This document shows, in pieces, positions 1 to 14,084 of a stretch of DNA of 64,000 nt. Every line of letters begins with the position of its first letter. The first letter of the stretch is position 1. The notes under the pieces were generated by a model, which was not told the origin of the DNA, did not search any database, and saw only the letters and a list, made by a program, of their open reading frames with translations. The stretch spans positions 395,068 to 459,067 of the forward strand of contig JAKMXF010000122.1 of NCBI GenBank assembly GCA_024704765.1, read 5' to 3'. The translations under genes and the position numbers were made by a program. The DNA comes from Oopsacas minuta (lineage: Eukaryota > Animalia > Porifera).

Positions 1-306
1 TAATAGTAATAACTACAAATTACGCAAACTAATAAATTCATAAAAGAATCAATCAACTGACGCAAGCGTTGATAACCGCAAGATTGATTATATGTGCATT
101 CCTATGGTAGTTTGTATAGAATTCAGTATAGTAGCTAATACAATTTTCTCCATAGGATTTGGCTTATTTAGGAGATTTTTCGTAACTTCGTCAGTTTCCA
201 TCCGATTTTTGAGTTCGAAAGCTCTATCAGCTTCTCTCAACGAGTTCTTCAACGGTGCATATAGCGATTTTTGACTACATTAAAAAAGTTGGGGGGTGTC
301 GGATTC

Positions 307-3243
307 TATAGTTGTACCAGTGGAAATTTGAAAAAATCAATCATTCGAATTGCCTTGTAGGTAAGATTTTCGACTTCGCCATACTAAAATTACCCAGGAA
401 TCATATTAAGTCGATTTGTACAAGCCTTAATGATGCTTCAAGAACAGTTTATACATTTCGCATACACTGAAATTCCTAGACTTGTTAGACATTTCTTAAC
501 AGTGACATTACTAATCTATTAGATTAACATCATCATTACATGCGTTACATCCTTCCCTTCATACTAAATTAAAGCTTATTTATAGCCTTTTCTCATCAAA
601 TACACAGTTTCAGTTTCTATGGTTTCATTTTCGAAATATTCTGATATCTAACTTAGGTATAATTTGCGATTATCAAACTTTTCTTGAAACTTTCAATTTG
701 TAGAGCTAAAATTGAAAACAGTTGACAATCCTGTTGTATATAATTTATGAAAACATGTTTTTCTCTAAAATCTAGAACATTTAAAAGCTACTGAAAATTG
801 ACGAAAGTAGTCTATTTCTGCTGTTAGACCTAAGGATTTCGAATATATTAATTAAATTCACTCTTCTAAAACTTTTGTTTTCGAAGGTTGAATTCAAATG
901 CATTCTTTATAACCTATTCAACATTACTAATTAGCTAAGATGAACAACGAAAGGCTTTTTGTTATTTTAGGAGCAACAAAAACAATAGTATTCGTTCAAT
1001 CTCCAAGGATATCGTTGCAGAATTTGTTCTCAATGGTTCTCAGCATGTTAAAATACCCCTAAAATTTTCTAAACTGAGCCTCGAGAGAAGAGATTTCGTA
1101 AGAAACAAGAGCTTGGAGATTTGGAATGAATCACTCTTTTGCCAACTTCCAAACTTATCCTAGGCGATTGTATATCCACAAGAGCACGAAGAGAACGTGA
1201 ACATCTATTCAGACTACACCTACCTTCGAAGATGTCAATCGTGTGCCATAAAAGCATATTGATAAACTGTCAACAAAGGGCTCAAGTATTCGGCTAGATT
1301 CATTAATGTCACACCTTAGAACAGTTGCTGAAAAAGAACATGTTGCTCCTAAAACCATCGCTTCTTACTTGTTGATGTTGATTCCGCAAAAAGAACGCAA
1401 TTTCTCAAGTTCAAATGTATGTAAGGAGATTATTGCCAAAGGTAACTGCAACCCTATATGTAGTACACTCTCTTGTGATAAAGTAGCGTATTTGAGGGTT
1501 TCATTAGAGATTAGTAAAATTAAATACATTAATTGCGCCGTATATTATTAACTGAGAGATTTAAACTTCCAGGATATAATCATCACGCCATTGACTGTGC
1601 AAACATATGTCTCACAGCCGAGGTTCACTTAGTTAAACGAAATTATCCGATAGGCTTTAGGATATCTTATCAAAAACTCCTTACTCCTACTGTAGAATTC
1701 TTTCTAACATAAATCAAGTCCGCTATCCAGTAGATATACGAATATCAGATGGACTTGATGGCTCAGGATGTCGCCAAATATATCAACAAGTTGTGCCTCA
1801 TCTTGATCTTACTACTAAAAACATTCTTCTGTTTGGTTTTAAGGTATTACGGATTAATTCAGAGGATGGAGTTTCACTTTGGACGAATCTAGTCCCAAAT
1901 TCACCCTTTTCTTTGCTTCCAGTTACAATTCTCACCCTTCCTGAAAATCTAGACAAGGTTAACTATCTCATGGATTCTATGATTAATGAAGAGACAGCGT
2001 TTATAGACCAAATTATCTGAAGTTGAGTAATGGTCATGGAAATGTTCAAATTATTAGATCTATATTTGACAATAAAATGGCTCGCATGTTTAGTGGAGCA
2101 GGAGGTGCTAATTGCCAGCTAGGTACTGCGAACTTCAAGCAAATTCATGACTTGGAATCGGTCGAGGCAGGATCTCCAATTAACAGAACTATACATGATG
2201 CGAGAATCTTGTTCGAAGTAGACGAAGAATTTCTTGTATGTAAACCCGAGTTAAGATGGAATATCACCCACATACCAACTTGGGATAAAGATATTGTTTC
2301 AGGTTCTCCTCTACATGCTTATTTTAGATTGTTCGCATGGTTTAAAATCTAGTCACTCACTTAGTTATAGGAGGGACTGATAAATGGTCCCTTCTTCAAC
2401 CACTGTTTCAGGGTCCAAGAAGCTTGCAGTCATTCTAATAAAGACAAGCTAAACATATTAATCGATGTTCCATCTACACAAGGGGGGCACATCAACTACA
2501 GGAAATGTAGCACGGATTTGTTTGAAGAGACTAGACGATAGTGACAAAGATTTTCTCTATTGGATGTTGACAATGATTCCACTTGAATATCATACGGCAG
2601 TCACTGATATTTATAACAACATTGGTGCGAAATTACGAATCTTCAGTTGCAGTAGGAGAATTAACACAGAAGAACTAGAAAGTGCTTGTAGAGCAATTAA
2701 TCAATCGATTATAGTAAATCTCCCCTCGGCCAAAATTAGTCCGATACTACACAAGCTATTAGTCCGTGCTTCAGGAAGAATACAGAATTAAATGAGGTCG
2801 TGGATTAGAGGCTCTATCTGAAGGCATTGAGGCTTGTAATAAATAAGTTCGCAGATATAGGGACCGTCTCTCACCAAAATTTAGTTATGAAGAGAGTATT
2901 CATGACACTTTGATACGGCTGATTTCTCAGAGTGATCCCATATTACTGTTGAACAGAAAATCCCAGAAAAGCAGCAAAACAACTCAATAAGTAAGTTGAA
3001 GAGTATTCAATGTCGTTTAGTGAATTCCGTAATTCTCGCTGATGAGAACTACGATGGGTATTATTTTTAGTAATAATAAATTGACTATGACATCATAAAG
3101 AATTAAAGTGAAGACCTACAACAAAACTGAATATGACAATCTCTTGATTGGAGTAGAAAACCCATAGATTAATAACACTTTTTTTGGGTGTATCCGCACC
3201 CTAAATACAAATTTCTAGCAAATAGCTATTTCGTGCCACTGTG
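307..3243 (+). mobile_element. RAG1-like transposon copy 1; right end intact, left end decayed
   Basis: Right end CACTGTG at 3237-3243, with ~50 bp of subterminal sequence homologous to the right end of copy 2. The putative left end near 307-340 (TATAGTT...TGGAAATTTGAAAAAATCAATC) resembles the left end of copy 2. No matching TSD, so the left boundary is uncertain. Confidence 0.65.
940..3070 (+). pseudogene. RAG1-like/Transib transposase, copy 1 (frameshifted, multiple stops)
   Basis: Joined frames give DGLDGSG (first catalytic D), FDNKM (second D), GAGGANCQL, SPLHAY, STTGNVAR, ILHKLL and LSEGIEACNK (catalytic E), collinear with the RAG1 core motifs CDGMGD/YDEKL/CxxC/ALHC/NGNFAR/FHKTLAH/EGNESGNK. 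Confidence 0.9.
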
Positions 3244-3599
3244 CAATGGATAATAACAAATTAAATTTCCCAAATTTTACCCCGAAGCATGTAGTTCCGA
3301 GTATACTCTGACGTGTAGTGACCAAAATGATTAAGTAATATAGCTGTTTAATATAAGCTAACGTGAAACCCATCGCTGTCACAGAGTGACTTAGCAAGCG
3401 AAACGCGCTAGTATGGTTTAATCCATAAATGATATTCGTTTGGATACTAAATAATATTTAAATGTCGTGAAATAATTCTATTCGTGAATAGGAAATTCAA
3501 GGGTTGAGCTAAATAGATCGCAACAGACTAAGAATGCTGCCCGGGGCGAATTGACCCACCCATCCGCAAGCCCCTGGGTTGAAGGCACTATACTCGAAA

Positions 3600-6500
3600 C
3601 CTATTTATAATGTTAAAAAGTTCGTGAAAAAAATTATTGCAGGAAGGAATAAATCAAAGGAAAAGACTAGCTAGTAACCACAGGCAATAATATCAGAATT
3701 TGTTAACCATAATGACTTTCCATCTATTCAAGTATTACATAGGCCTAATTATAAGTATATAAATTCCTCTCAACATATATATGTGAATCGCAATTCCACT
3801 ATTATATTTGAGTGATTGCAATCACATCAAACTCTCTTTACACTCCAACATACTATTTCTATAATCTTCGAAATGTACAATGGTACTAATACGAATCCAG
3901 TTGGTATGTAGTATTTATGCGATGTGTAAATTTGGGTTCATATTCTCAAATTTCAATCAATTCGTCAGAAACTATCTCTTGACGATTGCATACACGATAT
4001 ACTGGATAACATCCTATTTTGGCGGGCCATCCCGCTTTCTGAAACATGTTGATGGACAATGTGGCTAATGTGCCGCCAATACTTGCAAAACACTTTAATT
4101 GTCAAGATTTTTGTGGTTGAGTCTAATATAAATATGCTACGTTCCGCAATGTCCCAAAAAATTAGTACCTTTGCATTTTCTTGACTCAGGTTGGAAAGTA
4201 TGATAGGCCATCGAGATGAACCCACCAAGCGTCAAGATGAACCCGCTAATGAGAATATATAAAGGAATAATTATATTAGATACAAAAAAGGTACTACAAA
4301 AACAAAATTGAAAACGAAAAAATATATGTTAGAATATATAAAAGTATTATATGGAAGAAATTGAAACATCTTGAGCATTATGTGTAGGCGTGTCAAGCGC
4401 TGATTCAAGGAGAGAACCTCGGTTATCAATATTAGTGAGCTCAGAACCTAAAAACAAAATAAGTTAATGAAATTCATACTCAGTTTCTGTTACATGAGGT
4501 GGCAGAGGCTGCGCAAGGGAGGCTAGGCTCTTAACATAAAACCAAAATCTGGTAACTCGCAACTTGGGAATATGTAACAGGTAGCGAATGTTCGAGGTAC
4601 CATTTTTGACTGATTATCCGAATCTGAAGGCAACATATTTCAAAACATTAGAATTTCATGATAAGCAAAATCGTAAAGAAACTGAAATCTAGAAAAAGCA
4701 TTTTAATAATTGAATGTATCATTAACCACTAGATGGTTATTCTACTTCACAAAGGGCAGAATTAGTATTGTAAAGAATTACGCGCATTACTCGACATCAT
4801 ACCTTCATAATTTACGGAATTCTATGTGCACTAGGAGACAGTCAAAGTTTTGACATCTGGTTAGTTTCCACGACCAGCAGCGTCAGCTTGATTGTCTCAA
4901 AGACTTACAATACCTGTTTTGTTGTTAAATGGTGAGCAGCACAATATATACAGATCATCTCTGGATATACTTTTCGAATTTTTGCAATTACACCGGAATT
5001 CTGCCCACTCATTACCTCAAGTCCATCTGAACCAAGCGGTAACAGTTATGTAGTTAACCCTATCTCATTGAATGTCGGAATTATCCCTATTTGTCGTACC
5101 CATCCGTATCTGTTTCAACAAGTCTAGTTTAACTGTAGAATCTTTCCATAATAACCATATTTCTATCCAAATATCTAAAACAGATAGAGAGTTCTCAAGG
5201 CCGGCAGTGTATTTACATTCGTCTGTTAACTGCGCAAACATTTTGATGCTTCTATTTCTGATCGAATATTCTGTCTTACCTCGTCTGCTAAAGTTTGAAT
5301 CATCTCATTACAAGACCCCTTGGAAGTATAATCATACGTTTTATGATTCGCTGTAATAGAAGAATGAAGATTTTTGAAATGTTTGTTTGTAGAGGTATCA
5401 ACTCAATGAATTCTCCCATTTACCATGGTTCAATGATTCTGATTCTCTATCATGTCCTCTATATGTCATTTCCTGGGATCAAAAGTATTTGTGATATTCT
5501 AGTAAAAGCTTCAAATATTCTCTATTGTATTCAACTACTGATTTTCGGTCTGGATTTAGACTTTCCAGAATTAAATTTCCTTTTATATTTTGTATATACC
5601 TAAAGTTTTCCCACTTGATCATTGGTATATTCTGATCCTTACTGTTATCATGACATTGAAAACCTCTTCCTTTCTGTATGACGTGATTCCAATTATTAAA
5701 GCATTTGTGAATAAAGGCAATTTTGCTTGTCGGTGTGGCTGTAGAGCAGGGGTTCTTAAACTTTTGACTTCATGCCCCCCTTGGCCAATCTGTGAATTAT
5801 CACGCACCCTACACTTCTTCTGACTAACAAATTGGAAAGACACAACAATTTCCAATATAGTTAAGAATCTCAATATAATAAAAACAGCTCCATCAGTGTG
5901 AAGGATGCAACTGTTTTTTCAACAAGTCTTTTAATCCTTAGGGGTGTCTCAGAGAGAGCAGAACGCATGTCATTTTCTACGTCCATCCTGTTGCGATACC
6001 TATTCTTTATGTACACTAGTGTCGAAAATGCAGCTTCACAGAGATATGTTGAAGAAAACCCAACGATCACATGCAAGCCCAGTAGACTGACATTATGATA
6101 TGTTTCTAAATATTTCAGCCAGAACTTTTCTAATGAAAGCCTGTTGAAATCATCCTTTGCAGAAGAGTTGCACTTCATATCCAAAAACTCTTCCTGAATG
6201 TCCATAGGGACATCTTCAACATCAGGAAAAAAGGATTCCGGATGAGCTTCGATTCTGAACTCTTTTCTTCAATATCCGAAAATATCGACAGAATTCATCT
6301 CTAAGCATTTGAAGATGAGTCTGAAATAATTGTTGAAAATTATCATCGAGTAGTTCAACCTTGAGAGCCTCATCAAGGTGTGAAAATGGTCCTGTATTTC
6401 TATCCGAGATTTTACGCTTCCATAAGTGCAACTTTGCAATAAAAGCTCGAATGGCATTGTAATGACAGATAATATTGCTGTTCTTGCCATGTTGTTGGCG

Positions 6501-8486
6501 GTTGAGCTTGTTTAATGCCTCAAAGATATCAACGAGGTATGCTAAATATAATTCAAACTCCTCGGAATGTAAAATAGCAAGGAGGTCAAACTTCTGCTGG
6601 TCTTCGAATAATAACTTAACTCATGTTTTAATTCATAAAATCTTTCTACCATATTCCCTTTTGAAAGCCAGCGTACATTTGTGTGAAACAGTAATGCTCC
6701 ATGGTCTACGCCAATGCCATGACAGTGCCTCGCAAATAATCGTGTATTCAGGCCCCCACCTTTTATGAAGTTAACTACCTTGATCACAGAATTGAGTGAA
6801 TTCATAAGCTCGATTGGGAAGTGTCAGTGCTGCAAGTGCTTCACGAATAATGACGTAATGAGTTCCAATAACTGAAGGACTCTTCTGTTTGATCTTTGTA
6901 ACAAATCCAGAACGAGCACCTAACATTGCTGGAGCTCCATCTGTGTAAACACCAACCAATCTGTCCCAAGCGAGATTGTTTTCCTCAAACAATTTTGACA
7001 CCACAGCAAGAACATCAACTGCTTTAGTAGTTGTCTCCATGGGCAATATAATATCATCTCCTCCAAGGTTATATTTCCAATGAACCGTGCATATACAAGC
7101 AATTGAGAGCACTGAGACACGTCTGTAGTCTCGTCACACTGAATTGCGAAGAATGGCGAAGATCAAACTTTCTCCGACACCTGGGTTTTAGTATCATCTG
7201 CCATTTCATCACTCGAAGCTCAACAGTAGAGTCTGATAGCGAAATTTCAGATAACTTTTGGTAGCTATCCTCTCTAAGTACTAGCTTTGCTGCACTAAGA
7301 ATGCAAAGTTACACAAGAGTTTCACCTATGTTGTGCATTTTTTTTGCTCTTACAATTAGTAAAGAGATTTCGTAAGATGCCCCCACAAACTTCTTTAAAT
7401 CCTGACGAAAATCTCCATCTCTGTCCAATTTTCACTCGTTTCAATGATATCGACTTCCCAGCGAAGTAGCCCTTTGGCTTATTTACCAGATCTGGGTGAA
7501 CTGTAGATAGATGTCGCTCCAAAGGTGACGGGCGCATTGCATCATTGATCAATGTTTTATAACAAAAAACACACTGTGGCATTTCGATACTATTCTTACT
7601 AATGACAGTAAATCCAAATTTGATGTAGTCATCCAAATATTTCCTATTTTTAGCACAGCTAGCCATAGGTTTAGAAGGGTATGATATCGACACTGGAAAC
7701 AAATACTGCTTGTAAACATTGGTATTGTCTAATTATCGGGATTGAACAAAAGCTGTTATGGATCAAACAATAATGTATGTCATCAGAATTGCACTTTTGA
7801 TTTCGTCATTAATTTATCTAAAACTATACGCTTTGAAGAAGTCATAATTGAGCTAAAGCTGTTACTATTCTACAATTGATGACTTCGCCTTTTCTGGGGG
7901 TATTACGCAGCCCCTACACTGCCATTACGCCTCCCTAGGGGGCATGCCCCCAGTTTAAGAACCCTAGCTGTCGAGGAATATTGATAAGCAAAGCAGTATG
8001 CTTAATTCATCAAGACATCGTACTCTAGCCAAAGAAAGTGGCAACACCGAGACAATTGAAAAGAAAGCCCCATACAATGTTTGTCGGTGCTTCATGGAAA
8101 TTGTATAGTTTTCGGACGCGCCTGTCAGACGTTTAATTCACCTAGTCACAGGCAATCAGACTACTCGTGTTTCCCACATTACAGTTTGGAAATTGAGAAC
8201 GCTCATTCTAAATTGAAACTGTTTGTTACTCAAGAGAGATCAGAGATCCTTGCTGAGAGGGTTTGACATGTGGATATAACTGGAGACGATTCTGATACCA
8301 AGAAGTAACTATTAATTGTATATTGTGCACCATTAACAGATTTTCTAGAATGACAAAACTTTTTGTGAAGCATAAATAGATCTAATGAAAACAGAGAAAA
8401 TAACCAAATAATTTAATTACTATGACAATATCAAATCAGGAGAATTAGGTCAGAGCCCCCAATAATCAGCAAAGTGCACGCCACTG
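3600..8486 (-). pseudogene. hAT transposase remnant (ZMYM1/TTF-zinc-finger type), interrupted by a Charlie element
   Basis: Minus-strand fragments YCFAY...FNNW...H (TTF finger), YRGHD, SKGSCNEMIQ, LTDE, SDGLEVMSGQNSGV and CAAHHL. TIR-like CAGTGGCGTGCAC on the minus strand at 8486-8474. Left boundary approximate. Confidence 0.75.
5747..7967 (-). mobile_element. hAT-Charlie DNA transposon (ZBED5/SCAND3-like transposase, frameshifted)
   Basis: TIRs CAGGGGTTCTTAAACT / AGTTTAAGAACCCTAG; 8-bp TSD CTGTAGAG (5739-5746) / CTGTCGAG (7968-7975); ORF pieces with a BED finger (PQCVFC...RHL..H), YTDGAPAM, VRWLSKG and STYLCEAAFS. Confidence 0.93.
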
Positions 8487-8499
8487 ATCTTATCCTAAC

Positions 8500-10325
8500 T
8501 TAAAAACATTCCTGAAGAACTTCGATACGTTAGTCGGAACCAAAAGCCCACTCAGTGATGGTATGGGTGAGAATTTCTGCAATTGGGTGGGCACAACTCA
8601 ACTTGTGCTCGCAAGAGTGAAAATCAACACTCAGACCTACTGTAAACTAATATTAATTAAAGCCTATTTGTAAAAGAACTGAGCCCATTAATGTTTTCTG
8701 GAAACCTTTTGTGTTCCAACAGGACGGAGCTCCAGCTCATACAGGGTGGCTCCAAAGTTCTGATACAAAATTACAATGAATATACAACCATTATCAGGAA
8801 GTATTCTCAATGGTTTGCTCTTCCATGACATACCTTATACGCTTCCTGACAAATAATATTTCAATTTAGTGTGTAGAATTTCGAAAAAAAGTGTGATTGA
8901 CCATGGAAACTGAGAGGTCAGCATTATTGAGTTGCATGTGGCGAGGAAAAGTCCCTCAGAAATTTTGAAACTGCTGAATATTGCAAAAGGACGTAGGGCA
9001 TTAATCTACAGGACGATAAATCAATATAAGGAAACTGGGGACACTGTAGATAAGCCGAGATCTGGTCATCCATGCTCTGTAATGACCCCAGCTTTCAAGA
9101 AATTGGTACGAGAACGGATTCGGCGGAACCTACACCGTTCGATTAGGAAAATGGCCTTGGAGCTCAATATATTCCGCCGAGCAATACAAAAGGTTATCAA
9201 AAGAGACCTAGAATGCGCTCTTTTAAACGCGAAAAGTTACAATCCTAACTGGATCAGTGAAAGAAAAGAGAGTGTCCGAAGCAAGAGTCTACTTGCACTA
9301 TACGTTATTGGGGTTCTCAAAAACACCCTTTTCTCCTAAGAGAAAATGTTCACCATAGAAGAGGCTACAAATAGCCAAAACGGCAGAGTCATCTCGACCT
9401 CAGTTTCAGCGATCTCTGATAAGTTCAGATATATCAGTCGGATGAAGAAACCGGTGTCAGTGATTGTTTGGGCTGGGGTCTCTGCTATTGGCCGGACACC
9501 ACTGATTTTCATCCCCCAGGAGTGAAAATCAATGTCAAAACATACCAAGAGCTTGTATAAGAGCCAGTGGTAAAAGGTCTGAGCCAGACCATATTTTCAG
9601 GACAGCCATTTGTCTTCCAACAAGATGGTGCTCCCACCCATACGGCCAATACAACCGAAGATTAGCTGAAGCATAATATTCCCAAAATTATACACAAGGA
9701 TGAATGGTCACCATACAGTCCTGATTTAAATCCCATGGGCTATTCTGTATGGTCTATCTTGGAAAACAAGGCGGTTTCTGCGTCACACAACACAGTTAGC
9801 CTCTAAAGAATTCCTTGTGTCGAGAATGGAAGAAGATACTCCAAGAAACTCTGCGTTCCGCAGTAGAACGATTCCTGAACAGACTCAGGGCTGCAATTTC
9901 CATAAAGGGTAGTTATATTGAATAGATGACTAGGCAATCTCTTCCTAATAGTATGTATTAATCATATATAGAAAATCAATGATGTAGGTCATGCTGAAAA
10001 AATATTATAGACAAAATGGTTTGAATCAGAAATTTGGAGACACCCTATACTTATAATGCTACACAATTATGGCTACGGGGCAATAATCCCAATTTTATTC
10101 GGAAGGATGAATGGCCACCTACAATCCTGATTTGAACCCAATGGATTTTCAATCCGGTCAATCTTGGAAACAAATGCCTGTTCAAAGTCTCACAATAATA
10201 TAGAGTCATTGATGAAGATATTGTGTCGAGAATGGTAGATGATGCCTTAAAGTGCCGCAGTTGATGGTTTTCCCAAGAGACTGCACGCTGGTATTAAAGA
10301 AAGATATGGCTATATTGAAAAATAA
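8500..10325 (+). pseudogene. Older maT transposase split by the 8742-10047 insertion (pieces ~8500-8741 and 10048-10325)
   Basis: Removing the insert and one TA restores QQDGAPAH|TYNATQLWLRGNNPNFIRKDEWPP. Confidence 0.85.
8742..10047 (+). mobile_element. maT (DD37D-type Tc1/mariner) element, pseudogenised
   Basis: TIRs CAGGGTGGCTCCAAAGTTCTGATACAAA / reverse complement TAGGGTGTCTCCAAATTTCTGATTCAAA with TA TSDs; HTH region at 8932-9339; FQQDGAPTH and WSPYSPDLNPMGYSVW motifs. Confidence 0.9.
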
Positions 10326-11991
10326 TTTATATTGTTGATAGTGAATCTCTTTAGTATTTACTTGAAAAGTATCATCATGATACTAGCTATTAGAAATTAT
10401 ATTGAAATTTGGCCTTGTGGCAGAATTTATGCATCACCCTGTACTACCTCCAACTAGCAAGGCCTCCCTTTCCGATTTCAATTACCTAAGCACGAGTCAC
10501 TATCCGAAGTGGGTGACGCCTAGCGGCCATTATAAAGAATTACTAAGTTCCCAAGCACAAAATGTATGTTACTTAAAAGAAAAAACTTTTGCGAGTGCCA
10601 AGATAAGTGAATGAAGCCCCGATACACGGGGTCAATTTTTAATGAAAAAACTAATTCCAATACTACCACCCCGATGCGGGGTTCCACACTCTTATCAAAC
10701 GAGGTATATATTATAGGGCTTCGGAATCTGAATCGACATGCCTATACACTAGACCAACTGAGATACCAAAATTGTTGTCAAATAAATTATTCGGAATGTG
10801 ACTGTGTGTCTGCTTGTATGATTAATAATTCCATGTAATAAATTTGTCTTGAATTGACCAAAGAAAACATTTATACTATTTGTCCCTATGCTCCCTCGAC
10901 TTTCCAACTTTACTCAGCCTCTGAGAGATGGGACTGTCATATTGAATATATTTAAACAGCCCATATATATGATAGATTATCTCCCAGATATACAAATGAT
11001 TTATCTACGCATAAATAATCATTAGCGTAATATAAATGAAAACGTAATTAATCAGCAGTAGGAAGTTTCGCAGGCTCGGTAGCTGCGCGAGAGTTTTCCT
11101 TTGGATAGTAATATCGGCACTTCATGCCTCACGTTTAAGAAATTCTGAAATTTCGAAAATTTCGAGGTTTTTCTATAGTGCTGATGACAGAATAATCCCA
11201 TGATGAGTTAGCTTTCGGTAAGAATTATGATGTCAAGACATCTGTCACATTGAGGGATGCGCGTGATTCTAATTTCAACTTTTATCATGTATATTTGGTG
11301 CAATTGTAAATAATATGATTTTTCGAACATCCATAAACGTGACAATGACTTCATGATTTAATCATTGGTGTGAATATTCGTCCAATACTCAAACTTGTCT
11401 GAGCCAGGCACAAATTACCTCTTATGTGCAGAGGGGCCAAATGCATTATAGATAATGGATTTCAGATTGACTTGGATTGACAATTTCAAAGATCCATGAA
11501 TTAAATAAGGATTTGGATTTACAGCCATCTGCGAAATCCAAAAAAACATGAATATAATAGAGTTCATGGATCTGATGGATTCCTAAATTTCATCTTATGG
11601 ATTGTAAATCCATGAAATCGATCAGATCCATCAATCATGAATTCCATCAAATATCTTCTCTATTTCATAAACTTGGAAACTCAGTAAACTTGTACAGCTT
11701 CCATATTACGGGTACATAAATCCTATAAAAATGATGAAAACTTACATATAATTTAGGTGAAGTCAAATTCAGCACAGTTATAACCACAGATTTGCTGAGT
11801 GATACTGTTTTGCAGAAATCCATCTATCTACAAAATTCATCCAGGGATCGATTTTTGAAAATTTCTCAATGCAGAAATATATCTATCTCCCCTTACATGT
11901 ATTGTATGTAAGGCTATATTAGTGATTACACAATTGTTTTAGATTAATAAGTTGAAATTCTTCCTTCAAATTCCACTAATAGTATCCATAT

Positions 11992-12738
11992 CAGTGTTTC
12001 TCAACGTGGGCGATACGAGACACGAGGGGAGCGATTAAACCTTCAGGGGCGATAGAGGGACGACGAACGATGGTTTCATTCTGCACAGGTTGAAGCTGAA
12101 ATATTCAACCGAAATAATTATGTAATTGTAATTGGAACTGTATTTGGAAAACACAAATCCATATAATTGTCCATATTAGGATCCTAACAAATAACTGCAG
12201 GGAAATAATATGACTAAGGTAAAATGTCATACCGTTATCACATCATTCATTACTATACTAAAACCATTAAAATCCAATCTAAGTCGCGGCGAACTCCGAC
12301 AGTTTCCAAACCTGATACAAAATCAGGTCTCAACCGAAGATCTAAGATACTATGGTCATCTTGAGAATCTTAAGGAAAATTTGTAGTACGTCTCGCAAAA
12401 TTATCAATATGGCGGCACCGGGATGGATTACCTGTCCGTATCCGGCGATTTGTAACAGGTATCTATTGACTTCAGGAATCACTGATTAATTTACGTAGCG
12501 ATGATGTAGTGAAGTCTTCGTTCCCTGAACAATACTACAACATTTTGTGGTGTAATATTGCTGATCAATACCCTGCTCCAACCTTCACACTAAACTTATA
12601 CAAATGAAAAATTTAAATACATTATGTCTTAGTATTTGGTAATATAATTAATATCAAACGGGATGGGGTGAGGGGAGAGGTGAGGGATGGCCTGATCACT
12701 GAAGGGGGCGACCGACGGAAAAAGGTTGAGAAACGCTG
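11992..12738. mobile_element. Non-autonomous hAT-Charlie element (MITE/deletion derivative)
   Basis: TIR CAGTGTTTCTCAAC / GTTGAGAAACGCTG; 8-bp TSD ATCCATAT / ATCTATAT. Confidence 0.85.
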
Positions 12739-14084
12739 ATCTATATGAAGAAATATAATTGCGTAATCAATAACGTACTTGGATCATCACTCTACCTATT
12801 AGATACAGTAAATAAGACATATTTATGCGACAAATTACGTAGGATTAACAACAATATATATATTATGTAAATGTAATTAACTACGTAAACAGTCAAATTT
12901 CGTACATTCGCTAATTATAGCATTAGAGGAAGTATAAAAGCAATACCTACAATTTTCGAGAATGTTTTATATTATTTCACATAAATTGATCCAAATGAGT
13001 ATGTTGCTTTTGAAAATTACTTGAATCTGCAAATGCATCCGCTCAATTCAACCTAATTATCAAAAGAGGATATTGAATTTTCTAAACTTTGGGGTAATAA
13101 AAGTACAGAATACTCAACAAAAGTTTTACTCCCTGTGATACAACAGCTATTAATTATTTCAAATGTTCCAAATCGTTCTGGAATACAAATCCTGGATATT
13201 GAACTGAGTCATTTTAGTCATTATAATCACTAGAAGATATTCGTGTCGAATGGGGTGGGGAATACAGTGGAGTAAAGCTTGTTAACACTTGTTCCCTTGA
13301 TAACATTACCATCCTAAGTATCCATCTCAAACTATCTTGACTTCATCTGAGTTAGCCTCCACTTCCGTTTCAGAAGATTTAGAAACGATCATAACTATGG
13401 ATAAGACTTCAAGTTTCAACCAATAAATATGTTGGTTTGTACCTAGACTAAATATCAAACTAGTTGATTCTCGTTATGATTATTTTGATTACGAGGGATG
13501 TCTGACAAAACCATTGTAAGATCTACACTTGTGTTAAAATTTTTACCAATTCGAAGTTCAGGTTTGGAGATGTTGTTGTGTTTCTGAAAGGCATATTGAG
13601 ATATCTTCAATATACAACTCCACAGAAGGTTGTCTGAGTAGTATAGACACTCAAAACTCTTTAGCCTATCACTGCCGGAAATGTAGAGATGTTAGTGCAA
13701 AGATTGAACATATTTCTCATGCACTTATTAGGTAGGATACCAGCTGTCCTAATTGTCGAAGTTGGACCTCAATGCTAAGCAACTTATCCAAACAAATCAA
13801 ATCGATGATCTTTTATCACTAACACAAAATCTGTCGTCTACAATATAGTGTGATTGGCTACACTATCCATGCTGGACTACACTTTAACATGCGGATAACA
13901 TATGGTGGTATATGGTATAGTTATGATGGAATGGAAAATCCCAAAATATTAAAACGAACAAATGTAGCGTAAAGCTTTATGACTTGTTAACTGTATCTTT
14001 TATGTACTAACATCTATTATACCCAATTAGTTCTCAGATAGGTAGTTATCATCTGTATTATCATCCTATTGTACCTGTTCAAAT

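Noticed and set aside
60-275. Protein-like ~60-codon minus-strand frame (KSLYAPLKNSLREADRAFELKNR...)
   Set aside because: No family could be recognised and there is no start context; possibly a retroelement remnant or an exon.
13327-13394. Possible terminal cadherin exon (VMIVSKSSETEVEANSDEVKIV*); alternative acceptor near 17218
   Set aside because: Both are phase-compatible but have no homology support; RNA-seq is needed.
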